DNA of 64,000 nt, from assembly GCA_002633005.1 (NCBI GenBank), contig NMRA01000033.1, positions 1,505,130 to 1,569,129 on the forward strand, given 5' to 3'. Positions 1 to 13,707 of the stretch are shown piece after piece. This stretch comes from Phoronis australis (lineage: Eukaryota; Animalia; Phoronida). A model generated the notes under the pieces. It had not been told where the DNA came from and made no database searches. It saw only the letters and a list, made by a program, of their open reading frames with translations. A program made the position numbers and the translations under genes. Numbering within the stretch: the stretch's first letter is position 1; each line of letters begins with the position of its first letter.

Positions 1-3000
1 TGAAAAATAATGTTTTGAAGCTATTTTGTAAATTTTAACCCTTTTGTGTATTTGCTTTATTGTGCCTCCACCTATGCCTGTGTGATTTTATTTAGTTTGA
101 AAAACTTTTGATACCACGTTGGCAGTCGACTGCAGTGCCCTCTAGCAGGTTGTATCAAAGGATGCCAGGTGTCCCTTAGATGACTGCCTGTCATTGGTAC
201 CTGCGAAGCTTATTAGCACAGCATCACCCAAACAACTTTTTATGAACAGTTACTAGTTTATTTTTGGAAATTTGGGAAAGGACACGTTGCGGGCGATTGC
301 CTGATCAATACAGTTGGAAAGGACTTTAAAAAATCTTTTAGCTTTGAACCAAAGATAGCACTTGGTGCTGCAAGTTGAAAAGCCAAGCTGTCCGTCCTTG
401 CACTGTTTAGCCCAAACTCAGAGTTCTTCCTTTTCGTATACCTGACTTCATTGCATGGTCGTTCTTTCCTCTTGTGTAATTCCATGAAAGACGCAAAACA
501 TCGTTGCTGTTACATGCCCACTTTTGGTAAGAGTATGAACAGGATCAACTGCTTGTGGTTTCTGACTTGGAAGTCATGTGGGACCTTTTCAACAAGTCTG
601 TGCATTCCATCGAATATCCGCAAAACGAGAATTTTACTCAAGAAAAGTATGTTGCGGAAAGCCCGTAGAATTGGTTTGTCACTTTATACCAGTCTGTCGT
701 TGATTGGGTCACAAGACCCTGTTTTTTTTAGTAAAATTTAGCAAAAAAATAAGGGTTCAATCCTGGTATTGTACAGCACAACCAAATTTTGTTTCTTACA
801 GGTGTTTACGGTTAAGTCTCAAAAATGCAGTTTTTCATTATTATTTCATTTTTGGTTAAATGCTTAATGATTCTTTTCGTAAAAAACATAAATGTCCTAG
901 TTTTGACAGCCCTCAATAAAAGAATCAATTTAAAAATCCATCATTTTTGAGTACAGTGTCTAAACGGTAGTATCTGAAAGTTTCATACGAACCCAATTCG
1001 CCATTTATGAGATATGTTGTTCCAAATTTAGCCAAATTTGGATTTTTTTTGGTCTTACTTAAACTTAACCCTCGAAGCTAAGTAGGTGTTTGCCTAGTTT
1101 TTTTATCTGCATCTTCAATTTTGCTGTATCTTCAATATTGAACGTTATTGATTTTAACACATATTTGCTTCATAAATATGGTGTCCATATTCTCTATATT
1201 TAGCATTCACAGATCACCTTTTTCCTGAATAGACAGCTTTGTGGTTGTCATGTTGGTTGTAACTGAAAGCCTGGAGGATAGATGGACTATATATGTCCTT
1301 GAGCTTATAACCCCTGAATCAGTTAATCAAATTGTGCTGGAGCAGCTGAAAATCCAACTGATCACTTGATATTAAAAAAACGGAAGAATTTATAAATGTG
1401 TATTTCATTGATGGGTTCATTTCTACTTGGATCTTTTGATATTTAATTGATATTTAATTCTCACTAATCACTGAACCTAGTAACATTTGTTCTGTGTGTA
1501 TCTGACATGCTGTCTTTCAGCCAATGAGCTTCAAGATGGTGGCTGCGCAGTCGTGAAATACTTGAATCATTAACTTACTTAGGAACTTTAATATTCTCCT
1601 AAAAATCAAAACATTTGGCACTGAAACACATGTCCCAATGCAATAGTCAGTCTTGCCAGCTTTGTATCCATGTCTGTAAAGGATATTTACAGATGAACAA
1701 TGTGAACGGTTTAAATGTCCTCTTTTTATCCTGGTCTAGACAACATTCACTGGATATGTGCTATGAAAGTGTTAATATTAGGCACAAGTGTATGGAAAAG
1801 AAGGACACGAGTCTTGTATGAAGCGTTTATAAGTCAGAAAAACTATTTATTGCAGTTCAGTTGTGTAGGGAAATATTCAATATTTTTTTCCTTTGGGCTT
1901 TCTCCGAGATAAGTCTGTGGGCAAAGTGGTAGCTTTTGTACCCGCAGAGTTTCCATTGTCTACGGGTGTCTATGGTGAATAAAGCTGTCACTTGGTTATG
2001 GTACTATTAGCTATGCAACGAGTAGCCGCTGTCTTAACTCTGTGGTGTTCGCGGAAGTTCATGGATTGGAGTGGTTATTTTGTTTTCAAACCTGGTATTC
2101 TTGAGGTACACAACGTTATTAGGAATCCCACTAAACTTTTCCACAAAGGTTTCCCTCTAACTGACTTAATTTAGAAAGAATTGTTAGATTTCCACCTGTA
2201 ATATTAACACATTCAAGATTTATCAAAGGAAAGGTTTATGACCCTTTAAACTGGTTCACAACCTCACTCATGTTGTTCAGATAGTATTATTTTTTCTTTG
2301 GCGCTGTTCTGGTGAATAATTTTTTCTTCGTTTGGACTGGTAGGTGTGTATCGATGGTGTTTTTTTCTTCGTTTCGACTCATAATGTTTTTGTAAGTCAG
2401 TTTCATTATCTTTGGATTTGGGTTGTTTTTGTCAATATTAAAATATTATTTATTTTTGTACAAGTGAAATCTCACATTTAATCTGTTGAGGTTATGTCAT
2501 ACATCTGTTCAGATAATGTTTAATGAACAATGCTTCTCCCCTTTGTTTGAATTGTGGACTAGTAATGTCCCTTTGTAATGTGTGGCGTGTGCCTATCATT
2601 TTGTGATAAGCTGCAACTTACAAGGTCAAATGATGCTTAAATTTTATGTGCAATTGATGCTTTGGTTGAGCCTTGACACGTGGTTTTTTGTTAAATTTAG
2701 AAACCTGTGACTAGCTGGCATAATGAGGAAGGCATTTGCTGTGTGAAGCTGGGGTGCTTCAGTTGGGCTGTTCCAGCTAACTGTTATCACCCCCATCATC
2801 TCATAAGGCTTGTTATCACAAAGGTCATCAGGTCTCTTTGTCTGGGAACTTCCCAAAATGCCCCACTTGTGAAATGTCACTTCTTTGTTCTGCTGTGGTC
2901 CTGTAATGTGAATGCAGAAGGTGACATTACAAATCATTTTTCACCCAGATTGGCGTGGTGTCAAATGTTACACAAAATTATTTAATGCCCAGTGTAAATT

Positions 3001-3088
3001 TACTGTTCATTTTTGTTTGGACAAAATAAAGTGCTGACTGGTTAGCTCATCATAGCAATGATTTTTATCATTTCCACTTAGTATAATT

Positions 3089-3090
3089 GG

Positions 3091-3163
<73 letters not shown>
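3089..3163. repeat. (GTT)n microsatellite with GAT interruptions
   Basis: Directly visible tgttgttgtt...gatgttgtt run. Confidence 0.95.
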
Positions 3164-3577
3164 ATTGCTGCTATTATCATATATGCTTAACCGATATTGT
3201 TGGTTTTGTATACTTGCCCTCAAACATTAAGTCTCAGAACATTTTGCTATTGAATTTAAGATGACCAAATTAAAGACAGTAAAATTATCAACTTAATGAG
3301 ACCAGTTTTATTTCGAAATGATGAATACCATGAAACTTTAATTTCTAGGGTGGCTTATTTTTTACATTTCGGTAAGGGTTGACAAAACAAAAGTTGTTAA
3401 AGGCATTCTAAAAAGGGTGATGTGCGACTGATTATCTGAATGATAATACTACGGATGAGTGGTTGATATGGTCAGCATCCAAAACTAGTGCACAGATGGA
3501 GAAGACTGAATGATTTATTTTGAATTTGCCTCGAGCAACTCTGAGAATGTTGTCATGAGCACTTCAAATGCACAGAA

Positions 3578-3628
<51 letters not shown>
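3578..3628. repeat. (AAT)n microsatellite
   Basis: Perfect aataataat run of about 17 units. Confidence 0.97.
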
Positions 3629-3629
<1 letters not shown>

Positions 3630-5790
3630 TGCTAGTGTGATCAAACAAGCCTGATGCATAAACCGACATTTTCATCTATTCCCGATTGCTTGATGAAGTG
3701 AAATTTCTCCAAGTATGATGCTTTGCCATGAAGTTTGTTATTTTGTTTGTTTCTGTCTTTGTTCGCACGTTACAGATTGCAATTCTTATTGGATCAGCGT
3801 GAAATTTATACGCAACGTGTGTTTTGTGAAAAGCTCGAAGTCTATCGTTTTTGGCATTGTGGCGGTCATTTTTTCCTTTTTTTGGTTGTGGAATCATAGC
3901 TCCGCTGTTTTTGATGGCATTTTTCAGATTTTTTTCTATAGATCATCAAAAGAGCTTTCTGGAGTGTCGAATTTGTTTTTCTCTTGGTCTTACTGTTCTC
4001 GATTTATTCGAGATTTCCAAGGGCTGGTCTCCAGTTTTTTGCCATACCTTTGGTATACTGTGATGGTTCTATGTGAAATTTGTTATATGGATAGATCATT
4101 TCAAGCGATATCGCATTGTTTGTGTTCTCAGTTTCGTCGTCAATATCACCTTCAAATTTTTTGTTTATTCTAATCATCAAGTGTCGCTCTGAAGAGCCCT
4201 TTCATTTCTTAGTTTCTGTTTCCTTACAACTAATTTTTATGTTATTGTTCGCTTGTAAATTATGATCAGCTTCGCAAGGTCATGTGGGATATGAACAGTT
4301 TCACAAGGTCATGTGGGATATGAACGAAAACTGTTGTATTTGATTTTGTGTTTTGCATAGTTCTCTCTACTTTCAATGGAACAGAATTTCTCATACATTC
4401 CTGCAGGCATTTTAGTTAATTTGTTTTGAGCTATAATCGGGACCTTATATACTTTGGAACATGAAAAAATTACGGTTTTTGTGAACAAGTGCTCTACAGC
4501 CTATTTTTCATATTCAAAACAGTTGTAATGTATAAGCTAAGTAAAGTTATAAAAATGTTTGGCTTTTAATTTTTTAACATTTTGAAAACAGAAGTGGGTG
4601 CAGTTCCAATTTTAACATTAAATAAATAACCCAAGTAAAGAATTTAAATTTAAAATCCTGTTCTTCATGGAATTGATGACAGTTTAACACAACAATTTTG
4701 GAAGTCAGTGGACCGGTTGCGATAACGAGTTGTCCTATTGGCCATCTTGAAACAGAAGCATTTGAAACTTCACGTATCAAGAGTAGATGTGTTGTTTCAT
4801 ATAAGTGCTGATTTTGTGGGCAGTATTATGAAAACTGCGGCAGTGAGTAGCGTTCAAGTGTGATTTTGAAAACTAAATGGATGTCACATCCGCAATCTTG
4901 AGTCTGATCATGACAAAAAACAATTGACCCTTGAACTTTTTATGAAAGATATGCTTTATGTAACTTTCATGTCGATTGGACGAAAAATATGACATGTAGC
5001 ATGATTGCAAACTACCAACTACAAACTTCACGGCAAGACAACATACTAGGCGAATTTCATTTCATCAGGTAAAAACCGCAACAGCAAGTATTTATTTACC
5101 TATGGCTACTAATCCTTCAGAAAGAAAAATTAAAAGTGAAATTACTCTTGGCTTCCATATAATATCCGAAGAGATAAGATTTTTAACATTCAAGCCATTC
5201 CTTTATTATACAGGCTACTTTAGTACGGACAATTTACATTAATGGTCTTCTCCGTAGCAAATACTGTTATTTCCATGTTCCGCCTTCACACGATGACTGG
5301 CACCCAGTTACTTTTTGTACGTCAGGCTCATGCAGCAGAATCATCGAGCGAAAACAAAACATGATTTAAAAAAACTGTAACAAGAAATCTCAAACTTTTA
5401 TCAAAAGAGATTCGGTCGTGGTAATGATATCATTGTTTTGTTATAACCGCTTTGTTATTATTACTATTTACTGAAAGGTGGCGCCACACTGTTTATGATG
5501 GATTGGCATGAAGTCAAAAATCAAATTCTGGCTGCTTACTCTCATAAAATGTATACTTTTTCTAACTTCTATAGCTATCCCGCAGAACGTAATGACCTAT
5601 TATAAGTAGATTTTTGATGTAGTTGACAATTTTAAGTCAATTCATTTTAAAATGATTGATTACCTAGTATGACAATAACTTGCTGGTAATAATTCGTGGA
5701 TAATAGATGTAATGATGTTACATTATGTATTTATAAAAGTGGACAGTGGGTTATGCTGGTAAGGGGTTGGTGTCTTCACGCCTTCAGTGC

Positions 5791-6206
5791 CATCCACGCA
5801 CACAGACTTATCCTAGAACATGTTACTCGTGGAACTATTTGTTGATAGGTTTGATGGCCATGTGAACGCTATTTAAACAAGTGCAACTTACCCCACTTGC
5901 AACAACTTACTCCACCTTATCGAGGTAAGGCAACTTGTTCTAGGGTAACTTGCACCACTTCTAATTCCTGTGTGACCGCAAACCTGGGGCAAGGGGAAAG
6001 TAAATTATCAGCTGCTGTTACATTCAGACGGGTTTTCTCTTGCACGCCGTATTGACATTAGGTGTTCATGGGCATGCACAGTGCGACAACTTCTGCCTTA
6101 CCCTAGTTATTGGATACATGTGTGTATGTGGATTGTGGACGCTCCACTCAGAACTGGGGTAAGTTGCTTTAGTGCAAGTTGTTCGAGGGTAGGCTGTGTG
6201 TGGATG
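5791..6206. mobile_element. Degenerate MITE-like element
   Basis: Imperfect terminal inverted repeats catccacgcacacagacttatcctagaac / gttcgagggtaggctgtgtgtggatg, with internal repeated (g)caactt(a/g)c motifs. Confidence 0.45.
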
Positions 6207-6226
6207 GAAATTTATATCTGGGTAGA

Positions 6227-6360
6227 GTTCAGTAACTCTAGGACCTCGCTAAAAATATGACTTTACGAGAGATACTGCCACGTATTTTAAATGAGAACAC
6301 GTGATTTTTGTTAGATTTTTCCACGACTCGATTTTTCTTGCCGCAGGATAGCTTCTGAAC
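6227..6360. mobile_element. Short palindromic MITE, older copy of the element at 60721-60847
   Basis: Shares gttcagtaac.ctaggacctcg.taaaaa...tattttaaatgaga.cacgtga with 60721-60847. Confidence 0.6.
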
Positions 6361-8176
6361 TGTACTCTGACTTAATGACTTGCAAATTTGATGAAGGAAA
6401 CTGAACTTCCAGTGTATATGTCACTTAGTTGTGGCTAGGAGAGTTAAGCATGGATCAAAAAATCAGTCTATATTTGTATTATGAGGAGGACGACATTTCG
6501 GGATTTGAATTTAGCCCAAACTAAGGTGCGAAATGCCTTTGGTTACGTTATGCTAATTTTACTTCTCACACGCTTTGAACCTCAGAAGTGCTTTTACCTA
6601 TTTGATGGATAGTTTTAAACGTTTAAGCTTCATTTTACTTCAAGTTTAAAATGTAGGCTTGTATGGTTAAAAGTTCCAATCCTGGACAAAAACCTGCGCA
6701 TTAGGAGTGGTGTGACCAGACTTAATATTTTCTCTCATATGTTGAAAGGTTACACATAATTTGTACTCATGTTGCTCAAGAATTTAAAAATAACATTTTT
6801 GACATTTAGGCTTCAGCTATAGCTAGTCAAAATTGCGTAGATAAGTATGATTGCACAGGGTTGCAGTTTGTTTCTAATTTATTGAAGTCCTACGAAACTT
6901 TTCATGCACAGTTTCAGTTTTGTTTTGAGTTGGTGTTGCACATATTTCACTTTCTTGTTGCACGTATGTCGCTTTTTCATTCTTAATAGTTTATGTTTTA
7001 ATCCAAAATGTGCAAATGTTTACATGGTTATACCGGTATGTGGCTAGGCTACCGTACATCAGTTCCATGTCTCGGCTACAGTGAAGGATTCATTCAGTCA
7101 GAGGTTATTCATTCACGTGAAGTTTGAAGACCACTAGTAGAGCATGGGTTCACTGTAAACATGAACTTTGTGTGACATTGCCCTTAGCCATTGTTAGGGT
7201 TAGCTTAAGTACCAGTATGTAATGGGCATGAATGAACTGAGTGAGTAGAACAGTGGTCAGAGTGGTCACGGCTTAAAGTTTCTTTTGGACATTCAACTTT
7301 GCATACATGCCTACGTAAACTTTTTGTGGAGTATTACAAAACATTCTTCTATAAAACCAGACCAAAACAGCAGACCCGAAGGGAAACACTGGGGTATGTG
7401 GAGTTCCCACTGCAACACAACGATGGATATTGAGTGGTAGTTTGCATTAGTAAGTGCTTGCCTCTGTAGAGGCAGTGTGAGGATATTTTTTGTGTTTACT
7501 AGATAATGTTGACAAACCGTACTGGGAATTTCCGAATAATAGGCCCACCCAGAAGAACGCCCCTGGGCGTATTTTCTGGAAATTATCCCAAACTATGTCC
7601 ATTAGCATATTTTCAGTAACTGTGTGCGTATTTAAAAATCTGGTGGATTGTTCTGAACTGCGCATGCAATATGTTGTGGTGATGTAACATTTTTTTGTTT
7701 ATATGATTAGCAAAGTATGAAGGACAGTTTGATAAAATTGTTTCCGAAAATATGTCCCCCTTTCCAAAAATACACTTGGGCATATATGTATAAAAAATAA
7801 TTGCATGTGGTCTGGTACATTGAATTCGTTGCGATAGCTTTGGCCCCCTACTGATGACTTTGATGAGACTGAAATTGACTAGTCATACTACACCGAAGCG
7901 TCGATACTCCGCTATTAAATCTTCCTGTTGACTGTTAAGTTAACTAGCATTGTTAACTTCTATCCAGGAGTGAAGTTATCCGTTAACACTGACCGCAGTT
8001 ACCCGAAACATCGATGCGTCGACGCTAGTGTGAAAGGGTCTTTTGAGTTGACATACATGATTCAAATATTCAAATTTTTGTTATATCTGTGTTTGATTCA
8101 AAGCGAGATGATTACGGAAGTGTCTTTTGCTCCCCTGTCAACTGATGTAATTTCTGAACTGTTCTCTCTCTTTCAG

Positions 8177-10604
8177 GAGACTGTCCAACAGTCAATGAAC
8201 AACTATGGTGCAATGGTATCTACAGACGACCCTGGTACGTCTTTCATATATACACCCAACGATTCTACTGCGATTTTAATGTGACAATTGGGTGACCCAC
8301 TGCAAATGGTCATGCCCTTGAAAATACTATGTGTTATCAATATTCAGATTAAATTCCTTGGGTACTGTTCTACACTTTTTGAGTAGGGTTGTGCTGCCAG
8401 AAATTCTAAATCCTAACGAGCACAGTGCTTGGACAACTGGCAAAATGGGGAACCAAGACAATCCAAGACATGGTAAACTTTAGCAATAGTCTTACAATTT
8501 TTTACTTATCAAAGTAGGTCGTGAAAATGAAAACTTGTCATTCAATTACTAACTGTCTCTGCAAAAAATGGCTTCTGCATATGGTACATGTAATTGGTTT
8601 GATTTTGCTCACAGGTTTACGGTATCTACAACAACTGCTTCCGTTCAGCTATACTCAGCTGTGCCAGCGGGAGTCACCGGAGGTACCTGTCGACTACAGC
8701 AAACCCCTCGATCTCAGCTCAACACCCAGCTCGCGACCCAAGTCCCCGAGCCGGTATTCGTCCCAGAAGGATGTCTTATCGGCACTAGACCCATCTAACA
8801 TTGAACTGCGAGTACCAAGTGTACAGGCTAAGTCCAGGTGACTGTTAAGTATATTGTATGGTTGACGCACTGTTCACTTGACTGTTAGTGCCTTTGTTTC
8901 TGAATACTTGTGAATACTGAACTTTAGCTTTTATTTAGTATGCTACCAAAAATTAGGTTTCCTGTTTAGGGGAAAATGGAGTTTTGATTACAAATTTCGT
9001 TACGATGTTTTTTCAGCAGTAAACGGAAGGATGGTAGTCGTCGTGCGTACACGGAAGAAGAGCTTCATGCGGCTGTAGCTGACATTCGCAGTGGGAAGCT
9101 GGGAACACGGCGGGCAGCACAGATCTACGGTGTACCGAGGTCGACGCTGCGCAATAAAATCTTCAAAATGGACTGCGTGATTGCAGCCAGCAAGGCTCAG
9201 GCAGAGCAGAAGAAATCTCCAGCCAAACAAGGAGAACCGCTGATGTCGCTGGACGACCTGATGAAAAATAACTCTGTTGACTCTGTCGCCACACCTTCCA
9301 AGTTAACCCCGGTAAAAGGTCATCTGTTCAAGTCAGAACCTCGGGAGAATGGCATCGAGAAGAGCAAAGAAGAGTGGGAGAGGAAGCTAGAACAGATTCG
9401 TCACAAGCATGGCTTGGACTCGCGCAAACCGCGCTACTGGGACATGCCATTTGCTGACATGATACCAGGACACAGGCAGAGATTTCTGGTGCCTGATTGG
9501 GAGGACGACAAGCGAAGGACGTCCATCTACGCTAACGAGCTGAAGTTGCCGTTCTTGCCCGTCCTTGTGCGTAAACTGGCTGAGGAGAGACTGAAGTCTG
9601 CCAAGGAGGAATTGTCCAATGGGGATGGTAGAAAACATTGTCGTCGGTCAACATCTGAGGATGAAGATGATGAGGACGAATTGTCCAGTACGACAGTGTC
9701 ACCATCCAAGACGACTCTGAAGATTCCGTCGATCAAACGTGTTCACGCTGAGATGAACGGTTTTGCTAATGAAGGCCCAGTGTTCTCAGATCACTCGCCG
9801 GCTGTAGATCAGAGCAATAGAGTGGGAGACACTTTGAAGGACATCATTGCGAAGACGATCGCAGACAAGATGCGTACACGTACGGGTATTGACTCCATCC
9901 AGAAGGTGAGAGCGTGGACAGAGTCTTGTAGAGACCTGGATCAGCCAGACACAAGCTCCCCATCAATGGCACACTACACTCCTCCCCTGAAGAAGCTCCG
10001 ACCCAAGCCTAGCTCAGAATCACCGGCCGCTTCTTCGACAACTGAGAAAACGACTGAGACTCCAACAAAGGCTTCTGATGGTTCCACGGGGAAGAAGACG
10101 CGTCCCAAGCGGGGGCAGTATCGCAAATACAATAGCCAGTTGTTGATGGAGGCAGTCAAGGCTGTGCAGAGAGGAGAGATGAGTGTCCATCGTGCCGGCA
10201 GTTACTTTGGAGTCCCGCATTCCACACTTGAGTACAAAGTGAAGGAGCGTCACCTGTTGAGGAAGAAAAAGATCGCCGAGCAAAAGAGTCAGCAGGAGGC
10301 GACGTCTTCTACCTCGAACACAACTACTAAAGCGGTGACGAGCGTGACGCAGGCGAGCTCAGCATTCCAGGGCATGGTAACCCCGGCGTTGTATTCGGCA
10401 CCCATGGCCGGTGTGACTCCACTTGGCTTCTTCCCCGAATATGCTATAATTCCTCCCGTATCTATCGGGGCAGGCTTCGCAGTCAGCACCCCTGCCTCGG
10501 AGCTGCTTCGCAAGCTGCAGGCCAAGGTGCAAAGTCAGTCTCAGGGTGGGACTGAAGTGGACACTGGCGATAGCCAGAGTAATGAGAGCATAGTTGTGCA
10601 ATAA
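8177..10604 (+). CDS. E93: E93/Mblk-1/LCoR(L)-family transcription factor with two pipsqueak HTH domains; 5'-partial, last three coding exons 8177-8234, 8615-8837, 9017-10604 (622 aa visible)
   Basis: AG/GT junctions keep one frame. Exon 2 encodes LQQLL (LxxLL, 8626-8640) and PLDLS (CtBP motif, 8704-8718). The last exon encodes Psq-1 (YTEEELHAAVADIRSGKLGTRRAAQIYGVPRSTLRNKIFKM) and Psq-2 (RPKRGQYRKYNSQLLMEAVKAVQRGEMSVHRAGSYFGVPHSTLEYKVKER), recognisable as the E93/Mblk-1/LCoR HTH motifs. Stop TAA at 10602-10604. N-terminal exons not found in the window. Confidence 0.93.
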
Positions 10605-11278
10605 CTGTCGTCAGCGTTGCCATAGTAACCTGTTGCAATATGTTGTGCTAAGGACATAGGTAACGCTTGCTATTTATTTGCTGCAGTGCTGGCTGCTGAG
10701 GTCACTCCCCCTGTTGTCAAGTAGTGCAGTATTCATCAGCATGATTTGCTTTGAATCTCAGTTGCTGAAAGATCTTTATTAACTTATTCAATTATGCCAA
10801 ACAAGAATAACCGCACCTCTCTCAGAGTGCGTCTGTTTACGTTGTCTCCCATGTACTCTTTATTAGTTGCTGTTTTTGTTATATCATACCCACATTTAAT
10901 TAAACATAGGTGTTATCAATTTCGAGGGAATAATAGTTTAGAATCAAATTTCAAATAGTTTTTATCCAGCAGTTGTTGCTTGTCCCCAGTTTTTGTTCTC
11001 AGAACAGTTTTTTTTTTCAACCACCTTATGTCGGAGCTTGCATCTTGTTTTTGCCATTTTTATTGTATTAATACACTGTAGAGGATTTTTCCTATTGTTG
11101 ATAATATTAAAAACGACTTGTTTTTGTACATTTTGCATGTGTGCGTATTTATTTATTTTGTTTCTATGTCATTTGTAGTAAGTAGTAAGAAAGCAATGAA
11201 GACGTGTACTATTTTAAATGTTGCTATAATATTTATTGTAATTTATTGTGACATGTCAAACTACTGTCAATCAGTGTA

Positions 11279-11284
11279 AATAAA
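11279..11284 (+). terminator. Candidate proximal polyadenylation signal of the E93-like gene
   Basis: AATAAA about 680 nt after the stop, following AU-rich UTR sequence. Confidence 0.45.
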
Positions 11285-13701
11285 AATTCATTTTATAAGA
11301 CGGATAAGGTGCTGCCAGGCAGTGTAATTGGATTGTCTTGATTGGCCATTGTATTATGAACATAAGTTGTTTGACATCTGGTCATTTAGTAGGATGCGTG
11401 TTAGTTGATGTTTAAAGATCTGTATTTTGCGAATCTTGTTCACTCAGTTTCAATGGATTTTATTTGACAGCTGTCTGTAATTTTGTTTTGTTGTCACTTG
11501 ATCACCTCTAGCACTAGAAGTGAAACTGAGTTTGAACTTCAAATCATGAGTTATGGCAATTTTTGTATCAGAATCACACGTATACTAAGGTACTCTGCTG
11601 CACCTGTCAACCTGTACAAGCCTTAATTCAATTACACTTACCTCAAGTTCGTGATTAAAACTAAGTTCGGTTTGAGTTCGGAGATGGGATTTCGGGGCCC
11701 AGGTTGTAGATCGAGATAGTGTGCTGAGGAGGAATTCTTTCTGTGTCGAGGATCCACAGAGGAAGAGTAGAAATGCAGAATCATCCGCTCGCATGCATCC
11801 TAGTAACGGCCTGTGCCATGCCTTGCACATTGTCACCAGGAAGCAATGAAAAACTTATTGTGCATTGACAGTTTAGTTCTATTGAATTTTGCGAATCCAT
11901 AATGTGGTGATTTAAAATGCAGTGCGAAACACAGTTCTGTGTTCTTTTTTGCAGTTGTCTTTTTGCCTGATTTAAGAGCAGACGTTTTTTTGGTCGTAAA
12001 TGATAATGTAAACTTCATGTATTGCCCTCTGTTGTTAACCACACTGAGCAGATCTTTAGGAAACCCACATCAGTGCTAGTTGATTAGAACTAGTTTCACT
12101 GAGGTTTTTGTTTTGGGAGCCAGTAGTATACCCTACTAACTGCATTCTGGCAAGTACACACCTTTCATCAGGGATTCACATTTTACCTTCTAATACCCAA
12201 CTTTGTTGTTAATTATTTGATTCCTTGGGCCTCAAATGAAGAATTGTTTGACACGTGTTCATGTAAGAAACCAGTTGATCCGTAAATCCCTGTTTTTCAA
12301 TGTTTTCTTTTGTTAATGTGCCTCTTTCCGCTGTAGGTCATGTTGAATTTGAGACATGACAAAAATTTTGTGAATTCAGCAGTCGTTTGCCATGGATCTC
12401 AGTTAATTTGATAGTGCTCGGAGCTCTGTAGTGATTCCGGTTGCAATCCACTGTTTGTGTGAAGTGAGAAGTGTGGATTTGGGTTTTCATTTACCTGAAC
12501 CTGACAGCCTAACAGTTGATGAACTAGGCTACGTTCGTAGACTGCAAAACACTATTTTTTACTTGTGAAAAATCTTGGTGAATTCAATCCCACAATTCCA
12601 CACTCTAAGCCCGTTGACCAATCACTTCAGTGGCCACCATTTTGACGGGACAGGCTAGTGAGCTCTTAAGTATACTTGTGAAACGCAACGATTTTCAACA
12701 TCTTGCCTTTGTCACAAGATTTGAGTTTTACAGGCTGCTCTCCCATTCACTATAAATGGTAAGTCTGACACTATTCAGACTGAAGCTGCTTTGTTTTTGC
12801 TGTTATATCCAGTTATTTAGGCTAGCTCTCTTATTTTATGCAACCCGCAGTAAAATCTCTAATTTCTGGCAAAAGTAATTTCCTAGAACGTCTTTCATAT
12901 TTTAAAGGCTTCTAACATCGTTTCTATCGTTCACAGTTTTTAAACATCTTGTTTTAGCTATGGAAAAGCATTCAATTTGGTGCTACATGAAATTTCATTT
13001 GTCTGCTGTATTGTGTCTTGAGAGTTAACCATACTACCAGTTACTCGGCCGACTCGAACATTAGTTTGGAAACCATTTAGTCACGACCGAAAGCAGTTTG
13101 TGGCTAGGTTATTGGGTACATTTACTGTTTGGAAGATGGATTGTGAATGAAACAGGTATGCTAGTAGCTGTCCTTCACTTCTGGGCATCAATTATTGTTA
13201 GGCTGGTGGCACCTGCTGCCATCTGTCAATGAACAAGTGTACTAGTTCCCTGAGGATTCTTTTCAATATGGTTCTTACACATCAGTGGCTTCAAATTATG
13301 TCAATTCTCCTATGTAGGGGCATAGCAATAGGATTTGTTAGCTGTAAAAGTGACTTAAGAACTGGATTTTTTAACGTCGAGTCACTTGTATTAGTCATTG
13401 AAAGTATTTGTTGCCAGTAGTTCAACTTTATGCCCAATGTTGGCACATCTGCGTATCTCGGGCAAACTTGGCTGATGAGTGACGCATACGATTTGGAATT
13501 CATGTTTCAGGTTTTACACTTGCTGAGTAGGTGCTGTTACGTTGATTTTTTAAAATGTATGTTACTATGGCAATTGTAATGGGCATGGTGTTGAGAGATT
13601 ATTTCCTAGCTGTAGTTTGTTGTTGTTGTTGTCTGGTTTAGTATTAAACCACTTGGAGGTCATGTAGTTTTAACTGAAATGAAATGTATTGTTTTTGTGG
13701 A

Positions 13702-13707
13702 AATAAA
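13702..13707 (+). terminator. Candidate distal polyadenylation signal of the E93-like gene
   Basis: AATAAA followed by a GT-rich element (tgtattgttgtatttt), at the end of a 3 kb T/G-skewed UTR-like tract. Confidence 0.5.

Noticed and set aside
1230-1575. Possible upstream exons of the E93-like gene (acceptor-like sites at ~1236 and ~1520)
   Set aside because: Frames reach stops without a good donor and show no similarity to the conserved E93/LCoRL N-terminus.
258-7700. Numerous 60-150 aa ORFs in the first 8 kb
   Set aside because: Low-complexity, mostly non-ATG starts and no domains; consistent with intronic and TE-derived DNA.
7845-7880. ctgatga...gaaa hammerhead-like string
   Set aside because: No convincing stem II or stem I pairing.
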